A stretch of 64,000 bases of DNA from an uncultured Lentimicrobiaceae bacterium (GCA_964653595.1 CAZZHH010000011.1:2178-66177), one strand, 5' to 3'. Shown: positions 28,136 to 39,083, counted from the stretch's first letter. The notes: generated by a model from the letters alone, not told the origin. Numbers and translations: made by a program.

Positions 28136-29398
28136 ATGAAAGTTTTTAAATTTGGAGGAGCATCCATTGCAAATGCAGAGGCCATAATGAATACATGCAA
28201 CATCATTCTAAATAACAAAAACGAAGATTTAGTTGTAATTATTTCAGCGATTGGCAAAACTACAAATTTACTCGAAGAGATAGTACAACAATTTTTCAAC
28301 CATGAAGATTACTCAAAGACACTTTATCAACTCCTTGACAATCATTTAGGGATTGTCCATACATTATTTGAAGGGAAAGAAGACAATCACCCTCAGACCG
28401 ATTCTATGATTACGAATTTTAAATCGCAATTGCATCGAGAACCAAGTGAGAATTTCGACTATGATTACGACCAAATAGTATCCTTTGGAGAACTCATTTC
28501 AACCTCCATCCTTTCGGATTATCTATCGTATATTGGCATAGAAAACAAGTGGGTAGATGCCAGACATGTTGTAAGAACAAATAATAAATATAGAGAGGGG
28601 ATTGTAAATTGGGAAAAAACTCAAAAGAAGATTTCGAAAACGATATTACCAATATTCAACGATTCTGCATATAAAATTGTCATAAGTCAGGGATTTATTG
28701 GTGGCACAGATGAATACAACACCACCACATTGGGAAGAGAGGGATCGGATTATAGTGCAGCAATTTTTGCTTACGCATTAAATGCAACCGACGTTACTAT
28801 ATGGAAAGACGTACCAGGATTGTTGAATGCGGACCCGAAATTCTTTGCAGACGCTATTAAATTAAATAAAATTTCGTACAAAGAGGCAATTGAATTGGCA
28901 TATTATGGAGCAACTATCATACATCCTAAAACGATAAAACCTCTCCAAAACAAATCCATCCCTTTGCATGTAAAATCGTTTAAAGAATATAGGGAGGATG
29001 GGAGTATAATAAGCGATGAAACAGACTCGATGCATACTCCATGTTATATATTTAAACGAAATCAGGCTTTAATTTCTATATATCCCATCGATTTTTCGTT
29101 CATAGCAGAAGAAAACCTCTCTTTAATTTTTGGATTATTTGCCCATTTTGGAGTAAAAATAAACCTAATGCAAAACTCGGCTATCAGCTTTTCGGTATGT
29201 GTGGATTACAATCCAGATGCATTAAAAGGGCTTATCGAAGAGCTAAATACAGAATTTAAAGTAAAATACAACCTAAATCTGGAGCTTATTACGGTAAAAA
29301 ATTACAATCAAGCTACGATAGATAAAATGGTGCGTGGAAGAAAAGTTTTCACAGAACAGAAGAGCAGAACAAATATTCAATTGGTAGTAAATGGGTAG
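28136..29398 (+). CDS. lysC: Aspartate kinase (monofunctional)
   Basis: KVFKFGGAS, ISAIGKTT, SFGELIS, TLGREGSDYSA, DVPG...ADP, C-terminal ACT-like domains. Confidence 0.93.
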   Translation: MKVFKFGGASIANAEAIMNTCNIILNNKNEDLVVIISAIGKTTNLLEEIVQQFFNHEDYSKTLYQLLDNHLGIVHTLFEGKEDNHPQTDSMITNFKSQLHREPSENFDYDYDQIVSFGELISTSILSDYLSYIGIENKWVDARHVVRTNNKYREGIVNWEKTQKKISKTILPIFNDSAYKIVISQGFIGGTDEYNTTTLGREGSDYSAAIFAYALNATDVTIWKDVPGLLNADPKFFADAIKLNKISYKEAIELAYYGATIIHPKTIKPLQNKSIPLHVKSFKEYREDGSIISDETDSMHTPCYIFKRNQALISIYPIDFSFIAEENLSLIFGLFAHFGVKINLMQNSAISFSVCVDYNPDALKGLIEELNTEFKVKYNLNLELITVKNYNQATIDKMVRGRKVFTEQKSRTNIQLVVNG

Positions 29399-29484
29399 AG
29401 TAAATTCCAAATTTAACTTACAGATAGCAATAAACGAATCAAACTAAAAAATCTTCGAAAGACAAAAACACAAAGCATCTAAAA

Positions 29485-30417
29485 TCAATTCTCTTTAGCA
29501 ATAAAAAATCCTGGACTTAAGACAAAGCGAAACATCAGCGCTTCGTTCAGCTTGAATGCATTATAATTTTCCAAATTGATTTGTTGATAATATAAGGAGC
29601 CATAAAGTTCGGCAGAGACGAAATTGGTAAACATGATTTTAATCCCACCATTCATATAACCTCCAAATCCAAGTCCCCCTTGGCGGATTTCATTTTCTTG
29701 TACATTGCTATCTGGAACATAATTTCCGGAATAGATATTGACTAAATTGTAAGATTGGTCTTCGATGGATATTTTGGACTCTTTTACGTGAGTATTAGTA
29801 AATACAGCTCCTAATTCAACAATTGGGCGAACTTTTTTGGTTGGATTCAAAGTCCTCATAACGCCAATCTGGATATTGGTTCGGGTTTCAATACCCCAAA
29901 TTGGATATTGCAAATAGGAACGATTTTCGTTGTCGAAAGCTGGAAAAACTTCGATTGTGAAAAAATCTTTAGCCGTAAGTTTGGCTTGATTAAATTCGAC
30001 GTTTAATGCCCATTCTGGGTTGAAGTTGTATCGCCCGCCAAAGCCTACATGCATAGTAGCACTATATTTCATATTCTTTGGAGTTTCACTTAATGCAAAC
30101 GAATCTCTATTAATATTAAGGGTACTCAAAAGTATGTTCTTTATTTCGTTATGCCAATAATCGTTTGAAAAAACGTAATTAATATTGTTTACATTCGATT
30201 TATGGCCATTGTAAAAGCTAGCTTGGTATTTATTTCCCCAGTAGGCACCAAAATTTCCAACAAACTCCCAACCCTTGGGTCCAGCGGGTTTCTCTTTGTT
30301 GTAGACCTTACTGACTAAACTATCGGGATAATTAGCCAGAAGAACATTTGCACTAAGAGCGAAAAATATAAAAAGGGATAATTTCATCTTCATTGCTACA
30401 GAATAAATAAAAATCAA
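29485..30417 (-). CDS. Hypothetical outer-membrane protein (beta-barrel-like)
   Basis: Signal peptide and amphipathic strands (VGFGGRYNF, GGLGFGGY..GGIK); true start may be the MKMK methionine. Confidence 0.6.
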   Translation of the reverse strand: MIFIYSVAMKMKLSLFIFFALSANVLLANYPDSLVSKVYNKEKPAGPKGWEFVGNFGAYWGNKYQASFYNGHKSNVNNINYVFSNDYWHNEIKNILLSTLNINRDSFALSETPKNMKYSATMHVGFGGRYNFNPEWALNVEFNQAKLTAKDFFTIEVFPAFDNENRSYLQYPIWGIETRTNIQIGVMRTLNPTKKVRPIVELGAVFTNTHVKESKISIEDQSYNLVNIYSGNYVPDSNVQENEIRQGGLGFGGYMNGGIKIMFTNFVSAELYGSLYYQQINLENYNAFKLNEALMFRFVLSPGFFIAKEN

Positions 30418-30480
30418 AAGTATGAAAAATTATTCAAAACAGGACTCAAAGGATAAAAAAGGATAAAAAACAGAAATTAA

Positions 30481-30513
30481 TTTGGAAAGTATAAAAAAAA
30501 AATTGTATATTTG
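30481..30513 (+). promoter_or_regulatory. tRNA promoter, -33 TTTG and -7 TATATTTG
   Basis: TTTG at 30481-30484, 21-nt spacer, TATATTTG at 30506-30513. Confidence 0.7.
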
Positions 30514-30523
30514 CACTCGAAAT

Positions 30524-30600
30524 GGCCCCGTAGCTCAACTGAATAGAGTATCTGACTACGGATCAGAAGGTTTCAGGTTTGAATCCTGACGGGGTCACCA
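30524..30600 (+). tRNA. tRNA-Arg (anticodon ACG)
   Basis: Cloverleaf: acceptor GGCCCCG/CGGGGTC, D-arm GCTC/GAGT, anticodon stem TCTGA-CTACGGA-TCAGA, T-arm TCAGG-TTTGAAT-CCTGA, encoded CCA. Confidence 0.97.
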
Positions 30601-30629
30601 AAAAGAGGTTCGCAAGTACCTCTTTTTTT
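30601..30629 (+). terminator. Terminator after tRNA-Arg
   Basis: AAAAGAGGT...ACCTCTTTT followed by further T residues. Confidence 0.75.
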
Positions 30630-30704
30630 ATATTTAAAAATCAATCACTTAAAATAAAAAAACGCATTTTTTTAAAAAAAAGTTGGAGATATTATAAAAA
30701 CAAT

Positions 30705-30712
30705 TATCTTTG
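30705..30712 (+). promoter_or_regulatory. -7 element (TATCTTTG) for rho
   Basis: TAnnTTTG match about 150 nt upstream of rho. Confidence 0.55.
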
Positions 30713-30860
30713 CAATCGATATTCTTGTGCATCCCCTAAAAACAAGCAATATTGTTAATCAAAAACAGCGACAACAATCGACGTCGTTTCAAAAAAAATC
30801 ATTTTGCATCATATAGTCATTAACAGAAAACTACTATTTAGTCTTTAAAAACCATTTTTT

Positions 30861-32966
30861 ATGCATAGCATTAATTCGTTAAACGAGAAAATTCTCTCGG
30901 AATTAATTGAGATTGCTGAAGGATTGAAAATTCCAAAAGCCTCAAAATTAACTAAACAAGATTTAATTTACAAAATACTCGACCATCAAGCGCTCAATCC
31001 TAGTCAAGAAATTATCGATCAAGAGCGAAAAAACATACCACATAAGCGAGCAAGAAAGACTGAAAAGAGACCTATTGCTTCTTCCAGTAGCTCAAAAAGC
31101 ACGAACAATATTGTAAAGACCTTACCACAAAAAGAGGAGACCTCAACTCAGAAGAAGCCATCCCCTTTGAAGGATTCAGAAAAACCGACTCTCTCAAACA
31201 ATGAAAAACCGACAAGCAGAGCAGAGGAGAACAAAGAAGCTAAGTTTATAAAAAAAACCAACCCACAAATCCAAAAACCAAACGAACCAAAAGAGCAACC
31301 TAATATAGGGAAGGAAGAGATTGTTAAAAAACAAATCCCTGTTCATTACGACAAAAAGAAGATATTATTAGAAGATATTATCATTGACGATACAATCATT
31401 CTCGACGCTCCAACCAACTCTGGTGAATTATCAGATATTATAGATGACAACATTCATATTTCAACTTCCAAAGAAGATTTGATTATTGACCAACCGGTAT
31501 CATCGGATATAATAGAGGATCAATCTTCCATTACAAATGAGGTAGTAGATTCACTTCAAGAGTCTGAGATAAAAACAGTTCCTATATCTGCTGTCAAAAC
31601 AAACAACAAAAACAACAAACAAAACAAGTGGGATAAAAATCGGCAAAAAGGGAGTCAGGATAAAAGACGCGATCAAGACCAGACTTCCAAAAACGACAGA
31701 ACTGCAAATGAGAATCTTCCTGCAAATGAGGACAAAAATAAACCTCAGCCAAAAGCAAGCTCAACGGAAGCTGAAGGCACCATTGCATCTGAAAACGAAA
31801 ATTCTAAAGAAACGGTAACAGTTGTACAACCTGAGCAGGTTATAGAATTTGACGGCACCGTATATTGCGAGGGAGTTTTAGAAATCATTAATGAAGGGTA
31901 TGGATTTTTGCGTTCTTCGGACTATATGTATTTGAGTTCCCCAGATGATGTTTATGTCTCTCAATCGCAGATTAAACATTTTGGATTAAAAACTGGAGAC
32001 ACTGTTCGCGGTATGGTTCGTCCACCGAAAGAGGGTGAGAAATATTTTCCGTTGATAAAAGTAGAAATGTTAAATGGCAGACTACCTGAAGAGGTAAGAG
32101 ACAGAGTGCCGTTTGATTTTTTAACACCCCTTTTTCCAGATGAGAAGTTAAACTTAACGGGTCATCCTACCGAGACTTTATCGTCGCGAGTTATCGACCT
32201 TTTTGCACCTATTGGCAAAGGACAACGCGGATTAATTGTTGCTCAACCAAAAACGGGCAAGACAATGCTTTTAAAAGAGATTGCAAACGCAATTGCTTAC
32301 AATCATCCAGAAGTATATCTTATTGTACTGTTGATAGATGAGAGACCCGAGGAGGTTACAGATATGGAGCGTAGTGTGAAAGCAGAAGTGGTAGCATCTA
32401 CTTTTGATGAGCCAGCAGATCGTCATGTAAAAATATCCAATATCGTTCTTGAAAAGGCAAAAAGATTGGTAGAGTGTGGACATGATGTGTGTATCCTTTT
32501 AGATTCTATCACACGACTTGCCAGAGCGCACAACACCGTTGCTCCAGCTTCTGGAAAAGTACTTTCAGGCGGAGTGGAAGCAAATGCTTTACAAAAACCT
32601 AAGCGTTTCTTTGGTGCAGCTCGAAAAATTGAAAATGGAGGTTCTCTTACCATTATAGCTACTGCTCTTACAGATACCGGGTCAAAAATGGATGAGGTAA
32701 TTTTCGAAGAGTTTAAAGGAACAGGTAACATGGAACTTCAATTGGATAGAAGGTTATCCAACAAGCGCGTTTACCCAGCTGTTGATATTGTATCATCTAG
32801 TACCCGTAGAGATGATTTACTTCACAAACGAGACACCTTACAACGTTTATGGATTTTGAGAAACCATCTTGCAGACATGAATACGACTGAAGCGATGGAA
32901 TTTATCAAAGACAGAATGAAATTCTCGAAAGATAACGATGAATTTCTTTCCAATATGAACAACTAA
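30861..32966 (+). CDS. rho: Transcription termination factor Rho with long N-terminal low-complexity insertion
   Basis: Rho_N ([13 protein letters not shown]), GVLEI...[56 protein letters not shown]. Confidence 0.97.
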   Translation: MHSINSLNEKILSELIEIAEGLKIPKASKLTKQDLIYKILDHQALNPSQEIIDQERKNIPHKRARKTEKRPIASSSSSKSTNNIVKTLPQKEETSTQKKPSPLKDSEKPTLSNNEKPTSRAEENKEAKFIKKTNPQIQKPNEPKEQPNIGKEEIVKKQIPVHYDKKKILLEDIIIDDTIILDAPTNSGELSDIIDDNIHISTSKEDLIIDQPVSSDIIEDQSSITNEVVDSLQESEIKTVPISAVKTNNKNNKQNKWDKNRQKGSQDKRRDQDQTSKNDRTANENLPANEDKNKPQPKASSTEAEGTIASENENSKETVTVVQPEQVIEFDGTVYCEGVLEIINEGYGFLRSSDYMYLSSPDDVYVSQSQIKHFGLKTGDTVRGMVRPPKEGEKYFPLIKVEMLNGRLPEEVRDRVPFDFLTPLFPDEKLNLTGHPTETLSSRVIDLFAPIGKGQRGLIVAQPKTGKTMLLKEIANAIAYNHPEVYLIVLLIDERPEEVTDMERSVKAEVVASTFDEPADRHVKISNIVLEKAKRLVECGHDVCILLDSITRLARAHNTVAPASGKVLSGGVEANALQKPKRFFGAARKIENGGSLTIIATALTDTGSKMDEVIFEEFKGTGNMELQLDRRLSNKRVYPAVDIVSSSTRRDDLLHKRDTLQRLWILRNHLADMNTTEAMEFIKDRMKFSKDNDEFLSNMNN

Positions 32967-33117
32967 TTAGCGTAATACCAGAGTGTAATTACACTAAAAA
33001 ATAAAAATTGTCGGCAAGGCCATATTCCTTAATTCATTAGAAAATTGGGAGTATGGTCTTGTTGATTGTACAGATAACAGCTTTGAAAATCATAGTTAAA
33101 TTTGAACAAAAATCGCG

Positions 33118-34032
33118 ATGGATTACCAACAGATAATCGACAAAACGTATAGTTTAGTGAGCAAGGAAGCGGATTTTGGGGAGATGGCACGATACATTCC
33201 TGAACTATCCAAAATAAATCCATCACAATTTGGAGTACATCTCACTACGATCGAAAATAAAGAGTTTGGTGTTGGCGACAACCTTCAACGATTCTCTATC
33301 CAGAGTATTGCGAAGGTATTTTCGCTGACACTAGCTTATCGATTACTCGGTGAGAAGATATGGAAACGGCTGGGTGTAGAGCCATCTGGCACCTCATTCA
33401 ACTCATTAGTACAGCTAGAAACCGACCATGGTATTCCTCGCAACCCATTTATCAACGCAGGAGCACTCGTAATATGCGATATTCTGATATCTCACCTCAG
33501 GAATGCAAAAGCCGACTTTTTGACTTTCGTTCGAAATATTTCTGACAATCCAGAGTTAGAATACTCCATTCACATTGCAGAGTCTGAAAAATCAGTAGGA
33601 TATCGAAATGTAGCACTTTGCAATTTCATAAAATCATTTGCCAATATTAAAAACGAGCCATCGGAAGTCATTGATTTTTACTTTAGCTTATGCTCTATCG
33701 AGATGAGTTGTCGGGAACTTTCACGTGCTTTTCTTTTTCTGGCCAACGGGGGGATGAAAGTCTCGGACAAACAGCAGATTCTCTCTGCCAGACAAGCCAA
33801 GCGAGTAAATGCCATCATGCAGACATGTGGTCTTTACGACGAATCGGGAGAATTTACTTTTAGAGTAGGGTTGCCAGGCAAAAGTGGTGTTGGAGGAGGC
33901 ATCATCGCGATCCACCCAAATCACTACACTATTGCAACATGGAGTCCGCTACTTAACAAAAAAGGGAATTCGTACCGCGGAGTTCGATTTTTAGAGGAGT
34001 TTACTACAGAAACTAAGCTGTCTATTTTTTAG
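33118..34032 (+). CDS. glsA: Glutaminase
   Basis: YIPEL, SIQSIAK (SxxK), GVEPSG..FNS, NPFINAGA, TCGLYD.SG, PGKSGVGGG; TAAATTTG box at 33097-33104. Confidence 0.95.
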   Translation: MDYQQIIDKTYSLVSKEADFGEMARYIPELSKINPSQFGVHLTTIENKEFGVGDNLQRFSIQSIAKVFSLTLAYRLLGEKIWKRLGVEPSGTSFNSLVQLETDHGIPRNPFINAGALVICDILISHLRNAKADFLTFVRNISDNPELEYSIHIAESEKSVGYRNVALCNFIKSFANIKNEPSEVIDFYFSLCSIEMSCRELSRAFLFLANGGMKVSDKQQILSARQAKRVNAIMQTCGLYDESGEFTFRVGLPGKSGVGGGIIAIHPNHYTIATWSPLLNKKGNSYRGVRFLEEFTTETKLSIF

Positions 34033-34116
34033 CATGATACTTTATTGAAAAAATTTAAAGTGATTAAAAAAGAGAAAATTGTATAACTTTGAGTAAAATA
34101 TCAACTATAAATATCG

Positions 34117-36924
34117 ATGAAAAGAGTAAGAGTTTCAAAAAAGATCACGATATATCCTTTGAGATATCTTTTCATTTCTTATTTTCTTTTCATTTCAAAG
34201 CCCTTAATTGCTCAATATTTTAGCATTGGAACCGATCCATCCTCAGTACGTTGGGAAATAATAAAAACCACCCATTATAAAGTAATTTTTCCAAAAGAGT
34301 ATCGATTTAGAGCACAAGAGGTGGCTCGCAACCTGGAATACATTCACCAAAAAGTTGGGAGATCGTTAAACATGACCCCTCGAAAAACCACCGTAATTAT
34401 TCACAATCGGACCATTGTATCGAATGGATTGACAACGTTGACTCCGAAGCGCGTTGAATTATTCACTACACAATCGCCCAATGGCTATGCACAACCATGG
34501 ATGGACCAGCTCATAATTCATGAAATGCGCCATATAAGCCAAATGGACAAATTGAACAATTCCACTCTTCGATATTTATACTATCTATTTGGCGAACAGG
34601 TTATAGGATTAGCAGTTGGTCTCCACATTCCTACTTGGTTTTTAGAGGGAGATGCTGTTTTAACTGAAACCACATTGTCGAATAGCGGCAGAGGGCGAAC
34701 CCCTCTTTTTACGTCTGAGCTAAGGTCGACCTTGCTATATCGTGGTCCAGATAGTTACAGCAAATCAATGTTCGGTTCTTACAAAGAGCCGGTTGCAGAC
34801 CCTTATCAGCAGGGATTTTATATCGTTAAATCAGCCACGGAGCAATTTGGTTCCGATTTTTGGGCAAACAATCTCAAACAAGTAGCAGAAATTCCAATCA
34901 TCACAAGTCCCTTCAAACGAAGTTTCAAAAAACAGGCAGGAATAAGCATTAGCAAGTACTATAAGCAGACCATGAAAAATTTGAAAGCAAGAGAGAAGCA
35001 ACGGATTGCAGAGACTTTTATCAACGAACATCATGCGTTTACTACGGATACCAATCAATTTGCCGATTATGAATCCATGGCTTTGGTGGATGATTCTATC
35101 ATCCTTGCAACCAAAAGAGAGCTCCATAAAACAACTCGAATTGTACAGATTACAAATGGAAAACAGAAGTTGATAGAAGAGAACAGCTTGATTGTTGGCG
35201 GCAGCCTTACCGTGTCAAAAAACATAGCCTGTTGGACAGAACGACGCTATCATCCACGTTGGGAGCAAAGTTCATGGTTTGCGCTAGTTACATACAATCT
35301 AAAAACCATGAAGCGTGATGTAATCATCAAGAACTGCCGACTTCAAGCACCATCCATTTCACATCGAGGAGATAAAATTGTAGCTATAGAACAAAATATC
35401 ACCGACACCAATACCATGAATATATACAGTATAGATGGAAAATTGGTCGAAAAAATTGATGCTCCTGAATTTTGCAGCATCATGCAGCCAAAATGGTGTG
35501 AATCCGACACGGCCATAGTTGCCATATTATTAAACAGAAATGGGAAACAATTGGCTCGTTACTCATTTGGAGATAAACGATGGCAAAACATTGCTACTCC
35601 AACGTTTCACGACTTTCAATTATGGCAGATCAATGGAGATTCGGCATTAATAACAGTATCCCGGATCAACAACACTTGTGCATGCAAAGCATCTCTAGCA
35701 GATGGCGGTTGTGATAATGAGGTAACGTTGCCATTTGACATTTCGGCAGCTTTGAAAAGACCAGATGGAAAAATAATTTGTTTGCAAACTACAGCATTGG
35801 GGATAAAGCCATTTTTATCAACACCATCCTCCACCTCAAGCCCAGTGCTAACAAAAAATCAGGATGACGAATTCCATTCTCTTAACACCATTGATAGACC
35901 AATTTACTTTAATGCAGATATAGACACAACGTACAGGGTAGCTTCGTACAAAAAGATAGAACATTTGTTCAACATTCACAGTTGGGGGTTGATATCGGTT
36001 AACAGCAACAGTGGCACAGCAAATCCGGGGTTATCGTTGAGTTCACAGAACGATTTATCGACCTCTGTATTTGAAGGAGGGATGAGTTATTCCATTGCTG
36101 AAAAAAGCATACTTTACTATTCAAGATATAGTTATGATGGCTGGTTTGTTCAGATGAATGCAAGTTATGAGAAAATTAGGAGAGGAAACGAAACAGATCC
36201 TTCTTCCTATGATCAAACGGAAGCAAAAATAGGGATGCGAGTTCCTTTGGTGTTTCGAAAGAGAAATTATGATATTCCAATCACGCTTAACACAATCATT
36301 TCTAAGTTATCCTTGTCGAATCAAAGTGTGTATATTGGCGACATGAACGCTCTTCATGTACGTTTTTTTCAAGGAATCCTTAAGAGAAGTTCTAAACAAG
36401 CTTTAATTCCTCCATTGGGATATACTTTGGAAGCGAACTTTAAAGGAGATATTGGTGGAAAAATTCAAGCAGGATGGATAGGATCGGTAGAGGGAATAGC
36501 ATACTTCCCTTCGGTTATTAAAAACCATGGATTTAAGATATACGCGGGATATCAACAAATTGAGCCAAAGCGATACTCTTATAGCATGATGATACAGTAC
36601 CCTCGAGGGTATAGAGGTATTGTAAGAAGCAATGCTTTTGCAACCTCTGCCAACTACCACTTCCCGCTCTGTTATCCCGATTGGTCGCTGGGTTCGATTT
36701 TGTACCTGAAACGAATCAGAACTACACTTTTTCATGATTACCTAAAATATGAGAAACCACAGGTGTTAACCCAATTCCAATCCATTGGAGCAGAAATAGT
36801 GGTAGACAGCTTTTGGTTTCGGTTTATCGCACCAATAAATCTAGGAGGAAGAATTACTTATATTCAGACTGAAAAAAAGGTTGTACCAGAATTAATTTTT
36901 GGGATAAACTTCGGTTCACTCTAA
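34117..36924 (+). CDS. Large outer-membrane protein: N-terminal zincin-like domain, TolB-like beta-propeller, C-terminal beta-barrel
   Basis: IIHEMRH (HExxH) plus WFLEGDA; propeller-like repeats (QAPSISHRGDKI, MQPKW); C-terminal amphipathic strands ending FGINFGSL. Confidence 0.7.
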   Translation: MKRVRVSKKITIYPLRYLFISYFLFISKPLIAQYFSIGTDPSSVRWEIIKTTHYKVIFPKEYRFRAQEVARNLEYIHQKVGRSLNMTPRKTTVIIHNRTIVSNGLTTLTPKRVELFTTQSPNGYAQPWMDQLIIHEMRHISQMDKLNNSTLRYLYYLFGEQVIGLAVGLHIPTWFLEGDAVLTETTLSNSGRGRTPLFTSELRSTLLYRGPDSYSKSMFGSYKEPVADPYQQGFYIVKSATEQFGSDFWANNLKQVAEIPIITSPFKRSFKKQAGISISKYYKQTMKNLKAREKQRIAETFINEHHAFTTDTNQFADYESMALVDDSIILATKRELHKTTRIVQITNGKQKLIEENSLIVGGSLTVSKNIACWTERRYHPRWEQSSWFALVTYNLKTMKRDVIIKNCRLQAPSISHRGDKIVAIEQNITDTNTMNIYSIDGKLVEKIDAPEFCSIMQPKWCESDTAIVAILLNRNGKQLARYSFGDKRWQNIATPTFHDFQLWQINGDSALITVSRINNTCACKASLADGGCDNEVTLPFDISAALKRPDGKIICLQTTALGIKPFLSTPSSTSSPVLTKNQDDEFHSLNTIDRPIYFNADIDTTYRVASYKKIEHLFNIHSWGLISVNSNSGTANPGLSLSSQNDLSTSVFEGGMSYSIAEKSILYYSRYSYDGWFVQMNASYEKIRRGNETDPSSYDQTEAKIGMRVPLVFRKRNYDIPITLNTIISKLSLSNQSVYIGDMNALHVRFFQGILKRSSKQALIPPLGYTLEANFKGDIGGKIQAGWIGSVEGIAYFPSVIKNHGFKIYAGYQQIEPKRYSYSMMIQYPRGYRGIVRSNAFATSANYHFPLCYPDWSLGSILYLKRIRTTLFHDYLKYEKPQVLTQFQSIGAEIVVDSFWFRFIAPINLGGRITYIQTEKKVVPELIFGINFGSL

Positions 36925-36959
36925 TATTTTTAGTAATTTTATACACCAAAACTAAACAT

Positions 36960-37385
36960 ATGGAAACAACATTCTCTCAAAAACTAGGGCGATATTTACT
37001 TCGGATTATCATCTCCTCATTTGCGGTAGCTATTTCTGCTTGGTTATTAACAGGTGTTCATATAGGCGAACCTCAATACATCAATGCATTAGTTATTGCC
37101 GTTGTTTTATCTTTTTTAAACAGTTTCATAAAACCTATTTTATTGTTTTTTTCGATACCCCTAACCATTTTTTCCTTTGGTCTTTTTTTGTTAGTAATAA
37201 ATGCCGTGATTATCTTACTAGCAGGCAACATTGTAGATGAGTTTAAAGTAGATGGGTTTTGGTGGGCGATAGCTTTTAGCTTGATATTAAGTCTAACCAC
37301 ATCTATTTTAGAATCCATTGGAAAAGCAAAAGTAATTAGAATAAAGAGAGACGAAAACGACGATTTAAACAACCAAGAATTTTAA
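36960..37385 (+). CDS. 4-TM membrane protein, YvlD/phage-holin-4 family
   Basis: LN.FIKPIL.FFSIPLTIFSFGLF.LVINA and FKVDGFWWA motifs. Confidence 0.85.
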   Translation: METTFSQKLGRYLLRIIISSFAVAISAWLLTGVHIGEPQYINALVIAVVLSFLNSFIKPILLFFSIPLTIFSFGLFLLVINAVIILLAGNIVDEFKVDGFWWAIAFSLILSLTTSILESIGKAKVIRIKRDENDDLNNQEF

Positions 37386-37387
37386 CG

Positions 37388-37855
37388 ATGAACAGTAAAC
37401 CAATCAGCGACAAAAAAGAGATGCTACAAGTAATAGACGAATGTGATGTTTGCTTTGTAGGCATGTGCGACAACGATAGCCCCTATGTATTACCTTTTAA
37501 TTTTGCTTTGGAAGGGGAAACATTATATTTACATTCGGCACCAGAGGGTAAAAAAATTACCATCTTAGAAAAAAACAACAATGTATGCATCTCATTTTCT
37601 ACTGGTCATAAAATGTATTTCCAACACGAAGATGTTGCATGCAGTTGGGGGATGCTCTTTAAAAGTGTGATGGCTTGGGGTTTGGTGGAGTATTTAGAGG
37701 ACATTAAGGACAAAGAACATTGTTTAAACTTGTTTATGCAGAAATATGCTGGCAAGGAGATGGGACATTTCAAATACTCCATGCCATCGCTAAAAAATGT
37801 GAAAGTTCTGAAAATCGATATCCGGAAAATGACCGGCAAAAAACGCGGGTATTAA
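37388..37855 (+). CDS. Pyridoxamine 5'-phosphate oxidase family (NimA-like flavin-binding) protein
   Basis: PYVLPFNF, LYLHSA.EGKK, NNNVC, KSVMAWG, GKKR. Confidence 0.88.
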   Translation: MNSKPISDKKEMLQVIDECDVCFVGMCDNDSPYVLPFNFALEGETLYLHSAPEGKKITILEKNNNVCISFSTGHKMYFQHEDVACSWGMLFKSVMAWGLVEYLEDIKDKEHCLNLFMQKYAGKEMGHFKYSMPSLKNVKVLKIDIRKMTGKKRGY

Positions 37856-37871
37856 TTTTCAAGAAACAACC

Positions 37872-39083
37872 ATGAACTTTTTAGAGATAGATAAATTATT
37901 ATCGTTTGCCCCCATCCTGCAATCGGTGATTTTTTTCCTTCTGTTTATCTCACTTTACTTTGCTAATCGGGAGCGACATTTTTTATTTATTGCATTTTAC
38001 AAATTTTTCTTGACTTTGTTTTTTGTGATGACATTTATGTTTTTTTACAAAATCCAGCAAGTGGTTGCAATATCGTTTTATTTGACCATCCCAGTAACTT
38101 TGGCATTGATTCCTCTATTATACATGTATGCCGACTGTTTAACAACACCATGCCGTAGTTTTAAGGCATCGGGGTGGTTACATTTTTTACCATCCATTGT
38201 TATGGCAATTGCAATGTTGCCCTATTTATGGGTTCCCTATCAAGAAAAGGTTTGGTTTGTAAGTGGAGGATATGGAAATTCTGAAAACGAATGGATCATT
38301 AAATACATTACCTGGATATTCAGATTTGGAGTTTTTGCAATCATTAATATTCAATTAATAGTATACTTATTTCTTTTCCAACGACTTATCAAGCAACACA
38401 AGAAAAAGATCCAACAACTATTCGCATACACCGAAAACATCAACCTAGCATGGTTATTTAATCTATTTCTAGGTTTCTTTATCTTTTTTATAATCCTTTA
38501 TGCCTCGCGATTTTTTGAGATTCGTTCCGACATCAACAATCGAATAATCTTCAACATGGGTTTTATTGTCATTAATCTTTACATAGGGATAAAAGGAGTA
38601 ATTCAGCCCAATGTATATAGTTTGATAAAGAGTGATGATCAGATAGTTGAAAGCTTTACCATCGCTGAATTTGATGAAAATGATAGCAAATTGGATGATT
38701 CTAAAGACGAAGTCTCAAAATATGCAACCTCAAAGCTTTCTGTTGATTTACGAAATCAGATAAAAGTTGAGTTAATGGAATACATGAAGCAAAAACCGTA
38801 TCATAAATTAAATTTCAACATTGAAGATATAGCCGATGCTTTAAAGACAAACACGCGATACATATCTCAAGTAATCAACGAAACTTTTGAACTGAATTTT
38901 TTCAATTTTGTGAATAATTATCGAATTGAAGAGGCAAAAGAGATATTAAAATCTAAAGATTCGGAAAAATACACTATCGAAGGGGTTGCAAAAATGGTAG
39001 GGTTTAACTCAAAATCTTCTTTCAACAACGCCTTTAAAAGAAGTACCGGATTAACTCCCTCCGAATTTAAAAAGAACACATAA
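37872..39083 (+). CDS. Membrane-anchored AraC family transcriptional regulator (multi-TM sensor + HTH)
   Basis: About seven hydrophobic segments, then AraC HTH (NTRYISQVIN, FVNNYRIEEAK, VGFNSKSSFNNAFKRSTGLTPSEF). Confidence 0.92.
   Translation: MNFLEIDKLLSFAPILQSVIFFLLFISLYFANRERHFLFIAFYKFFLTLFFVMTFMFFYKIQQVVAISFYLTIPVTLALIPLLYMYADCLTTPCRSFKASGWLHFLPSIVMAIAMLPYLWVPYQEKVWFVSGGYGNSENEWIIKYITWIFRFGVFAIINIQLIVYLFLFQRLIKQHKKKIQQLFAYTENINLAWLFNLFLGFFIFFIILYASRFFEIRSDINNRIIFNMGFIVINLYIGIKGVIQPNVYSLIKSDDQIVESFTIAEFDENDSKLDDSKDEVSKYATSKLSVDLRNQIKVELMEYMKQKPYHKLNFNIEDIADALKTNTRYISQVINETFELNFFNFVNNYRIEEAKEILKSKDSEKYTIEGVAKMVGFNSKSSFNNAFKRSTGLTPSEFKKNT

Noticed and set aside
30573-30589. Unusual tRNA T-loop TTTGAAT (U instead of C56)
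   Set aside because: The cloverleaf is otherwise perfect and this variant is, to my knowledge, common in Bacteroidota tRNAs.
30524-30860. Integrative element at tRNA-Arg
   Set aside because: The tRNA is followed by its terminator and rho; there is no integrase and no duplicated tRNA 3' end in the window.
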